64,000 nucleotides of DNA, from the NCBI GenBank assembly GCA_030248215.1, contig JASANG010001276.1:186001-250000 (forward strand). Direction: 5' to 3'. A model generated the notes under the pieces. The model had not been told where the DNA came from. It did not search any database and was given only the letters and a program-made list of their open reading frames with translations. Below are positions 61,401 to 64,000 of this stretch, in pieces. The stretch's first letter is position 1; the number at the start of each line of letters is the position of its first letter. The stretch is from Enoplolaimus lenunculus. Lineage: Eukaryota. The position numbers and the translations under genes were made by a program.

Positions 61401-64000
61401 AATTCTAGCATATATGCGCAGTGCAAAATCTCTGCAAGACGTGACATCATCTTCGGGCTCGAGCGTCATGCTCCTATAACTGAGTGGTCATCGTAAACGC
61501 CTCCCACCCAAGAGACTGGGGATTGAAAATTACCTTGAAATTACATCTCATATGAAATTGAAAATATCCATGGGAGAAAGGGTTTATACGATTTTGTAAC
61601 CTGTTTGTTGCCTGCGGTGGAAGATATATACCAAGTCGTGAAAAATGACAAAATTTTAAGTATAACTTTTATACTGGCTAAAGAACAGTTTCCTGGCTTG
61701 CTAGACATCAACACGCTTCGCTGCTCTTTATAGTTACAAGTAATTTTTTAATATTTTTGGTTTTACTTTTCCGAAATAAAATGCCAACTGCCCTCTCTTA
61801 ATCATTGCTTAAGCGTCGACAACTTACCTTAATTCTAATATCGAACGGCCACTCGTACACATGTAAGCTGTATATGTGACCAAAAGTGAGACAAAAGTCG
61901 GCATTCAAAGGACGACCTTCAGTCTGGCACACTTGAAGGTTATTGAAAAACAATTTCAGCTTCATTCGATGACGACTAATTTGACGTCTTCGTTTTTGTT
62001 CTGATCTTAAATGTAAATAAAAACACACAATTTGGCAGGGTTCCGTCGGAATTCCGATTCCGGCTAAAATTCCGTCAAAATTTGACTTCCGATTCTGATT
62101 CCGGCTGACTGCTGTTCCGATGCCGGAATTGTGTGATTTTTCGGTTATGAGTTTTTAAGATGATTGAACTTAGATGTTGCTTGTTTCGTTTTGTTTCGTT
62201 CATTTGCAATTATTGTGTTGGTTTTTTCTTAGTAGATATTCCGAGTTGTTACGTGTATTCCGTCAGCTATATTAAAATTTTTTGCTGAAACAGTGAACAG
62301 TAACGGAAACAGGCATACTGCAGCAAAAGTTAAGTCATACACTTTTAACTTTTTAATAGAATTACTAAAACTTAATTCCGATTCCGATTCCAATTCCGGT
62401 TAAGACAGAAAAACTTTAATCCGATTCCGATTCAGACAAAATCTAGTTCCGGTTGCAACCCTGGCGTCAACCAGTGTATCGATTCAAATCAGTTTGCATT
62501 GCAGTAGTTGTTTGGATTTCTCTAAACTACACGGCGATAACGCTTGGGTGGAATAAATGGCGTTAGCAACAAATATATGTATTTATTTTTTATATATATT
62601 TACAGGTCAAGATTGATTGGTACATGTAATATATATTTAAACCTTCCGTATAAATCAACCTTGAAGAAACTTTACGCGAGACACAAACGCGAACAAAAGG
62701 CCCGGCAGGTTCATCTTTGAACATTTAAAAGCTGGATTTGTATTCGCAAGCAGACTCAGCGTCAGATAATTTTTCTTGAAGAAATGTCACATTCGTCTGT
62801 AGGACGAAACGCCTTTTCCAAACGTCAATCAGGAAATCAGGCAAACTGTCAATCAGGAGGAAATCTAGCAAACGTCAAACAGGAAATCTGGCAAACGTCA
62901 ATCATGAAATCTGGCAAACGTCAATCAGGAAATGTGGCAAACGTCAATCAGGAAATCTGGCAAACGTCAATCAGGAAATCTGGCAAACGTCAATCATAAA
63001 TTCTGGTAAACGTCAATCAGGAAATCTGGCAAACGTCAATCAGGAAATGAGGCAAACTGTCAATCAGGAAATCTGGCAAACGTCAATCAGGAAATCTGGT
63101 AAACGTCAATCAGGAAATCTGGCAAACGTCAATCAGGAAATCTGGCAAACGTCAATCAGGAAATCTGCCAAACCTCAATCAGGAAATCTGCCAAACCTCA
63201 ATCAGGAAATCTGGTGTAATTGTTTTTGTTTACAAATACGAACATGGTTTTTCAAAAAACAGTATTTAATTTTGTTCACAACAAATATACCTTTCAAACA
63301 AGTAAACCCAGCCTTACTCTGCTGACAATATTTTTCAGAAAATAAATTAATTGTGGGTGTGTAGAACTAAGCGTTGCAAAAATATGACAATACAGTAGTA
63401 ATTCATGTAACGGCAACTATATGTGATACAAAACATTCAGTTCACTAAACTCATAAACTTACGCTGGGCATCGATCTATAGGTGTCACTTCTCCACTGCT
63501 TCCTAAGACCGGCGTCAGAATGGGCTGACCTGCAAAAGGTAGTCATAGTTTCATGTGGAATATTGAAGCCCATCTGGCCAGATCAAACACCTCATAAAAC
63601 TTTTGCTATTGCTATGTTAAAAATACATAACATCGCTAAATTCTATATAATTGTACACCTTATTATACAGATTTTGATGCTTAACTATTGTTTAAAATAT
63701 GTGGTTGAAGCCAAACTAGCAGCAGCAAATGGACACACGAGAGCGGAAGCTTAAAATGTTACCGGCTTGAAATATTGGCCACGTTTTTGAATCGGAACAC
63801 TAAAACATACAACGTGGTAGTTTATGCCTTACCAGGGTTTCGTCGATTCGTTATTGCTGCATCGCATATTTTCGTCCAAACTTGGGGTTCGTTAAACTCA
63901 GCATTGAAGTTCAGTCCAGTATCTTGTTGAAATTTTCGTTTAGTTGCTGGTGATACTACAGGACTTACGAGTTCAGTATCCTTCGATGGCGCTGCTAACG
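45059..64000 (-). CDS. CC2D2A: Ciliary transition-zone protein CC2D2A / MKS6; 5' part lies outside the window, 23 exons visible
   Basis: Exons (minus): 64000-63833, 63529-63463, 62005-61828, 61249-61084, 60542-60395, 59544-59421, 58773-58664, 58493-58394, 57682-57590, 57139-57048, 56012-55857, 55273-55237, 53778-53666, 52890-52776, 51552-51445, 50904-50749, 49738-49535, 48419-48330, 47719-47462, 46913-46791, 46577-46417, 46165-46069, 45247-45059. Motifs: IDPNDPAN, C2 FVEVTFQ..GNNPTWNQ, HWLGTFSVPFSSIY, GDEEEHAVLLYCW, IWANIQ, and the C-terminus VHIHPYANGIMSVWIYLASL. Confidence 0.94.
45716..46060 (-). mobile_element. Complete hAT-like MITE in the last CC2D2A intron
   Basis: TIRs cagggtacaaccgga / tccggttgcaccctg. 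Perfect TSD ATAGCTAC (45708-45715, 46061-46068). Confidence 0.92.
46349..46410. repeat. (ATT)n microsatellite, ~20 units, beside a CC2D2A splice donor
   Basis: Read directly from the sequence. Confidence 0.97.
46955..47238. repeat. ~148-bp tandem duplication in a CC2D2A intron
   Basis: aatctgtatattaaagctg..aacgctccacatacgtattttgggcaacg recurs at ~46955 and ~47102. Confidence 0.85.
47812..48310. mobile_element. Fold-back element(s) built from degenerate TTAGGC units
   Basis: Inverted arms around ~47980 (taaagactttagcaaagttt...aaactttgctaaagtcttta), followed by a partial repeat of the left arm from ~48112. Confidence 0.65.
48869..49477 (+). mobile_element. Two tandem piggyBac-like MITEs (48869-49133, 49167-49477) with a tRNA-like internal segment; related copies at ~20636-20745, ~52085-52190 and ~61319-61582
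   Basis: TTAA|CCCCTTCTCACAT ... ATGTGATAAAGGG|TTAA. The interior contains the B-box GGAGTTCGAATCC. Confidence 0.82.
50272..50508 (+). mobile_element. GGCC-TIR MITE with the longest TTAGGC tracts in the window
   Basis: TIRs (a)gcccatgtaaagatcagaggcggaac / gttccgcccctgttctttacattggcc. TSD GATTTTTC/GATTTGTC. Confidence 0.9.
51562..51931. repeat. 37-bp minisatellite, 10 near-perfect copies (CATGCAATATGATTGGTAATTAATATATTTTCGGTAG)
   Basis: Read directly. One variant unit near 51731. Confidence 0.97.
53896..54392. repeat. ~124-bp tandem repeat, 4 copies
   Basis: gagtcatttacgtttt.. starts at ~53896, 54021, 54145 and 54269. Confidence 0.95.
54330..54643. mobile_element. Long-TIR fold-back MITE
   Basis: catcgttcacaataaaaaatttt...gggttaacacgtgtcaatttt is mirrored by aaaattgacaggtgttaacccc...aaatttttttattgtgaacgatg. 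Confidence 0.8.
56168..56344 (-). mobile_element. GGCC-TIR MITE with (GCCTAA)n
   Basis: Perfect 8-bp TSD GAAATTTA (56160-56167, 56345-56352). Right end ccgcccctgatctttacatgggcc. Confidence 0.92.
57820..57994. mobile_element. Small hAT-like MITE (CAGACCCGTAGCCA TIR); related copy at ~59214-59388
   Basis: gacccgtagcca ... tggctacgggtcc inverted ends, with G/C-run interior. Confidence 0.65.
62036..62463. mobile_element. hAT-like CAGGG MITE (ATTCCG subrepeats)
   Basis: cagggttccgtcggaattccg ... tccggttgcaaccctg ends. TSD not preserved. Confidence 0.7.
62821..63214. repeat. 23-bp minisatellite (GGCAAACGTCAATCAGGAAATCT), ~17 copies
   Basis: Read directly from the sequence. Confidence 0.95.

Overview
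AT-rich eukaryotic genomic DNA with GT-AG introns. It is probably a nematode: internal TTAGGC telomere-type repeats are abundant, and acceptors are looser than the C. elegans TTTCAG consensus, so a non-rhabditid lineage is inferred but not shown. Four conserved multi-exon genes can be rebuilt by hand: DUSP12/YVH1 (-), RGP1 (-), CWC22 (+) and the 3' 23 exons of CC2D2A/MKS6 (-, running off the right edge). There is also one intronless orphan membrane-protein ORF (-). Introns and intergenic DNA are full of small non-autonomous DNA transposons: hAT-like CAGGG elements with 8-bp TSDs, GGCC-ended 8-bp-TSD elements carrying TTAGGC repeats, TTAA-flanked piggyBac-like elements with a tRNA-like core, and TA-flanked elements. 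Also present are a rearranged Penelope-like retroelement, a decayed Ty3/Gypsy gag-protease remnant, tRNA-derived repeats and several young minisatellites. No prokaryote-type system (CRISPR, defence island) is present. The most distinctive signal is the telomere-repeat-carrying GGCC MITE family. All family assignments come from recalled motifs, not from database searches.
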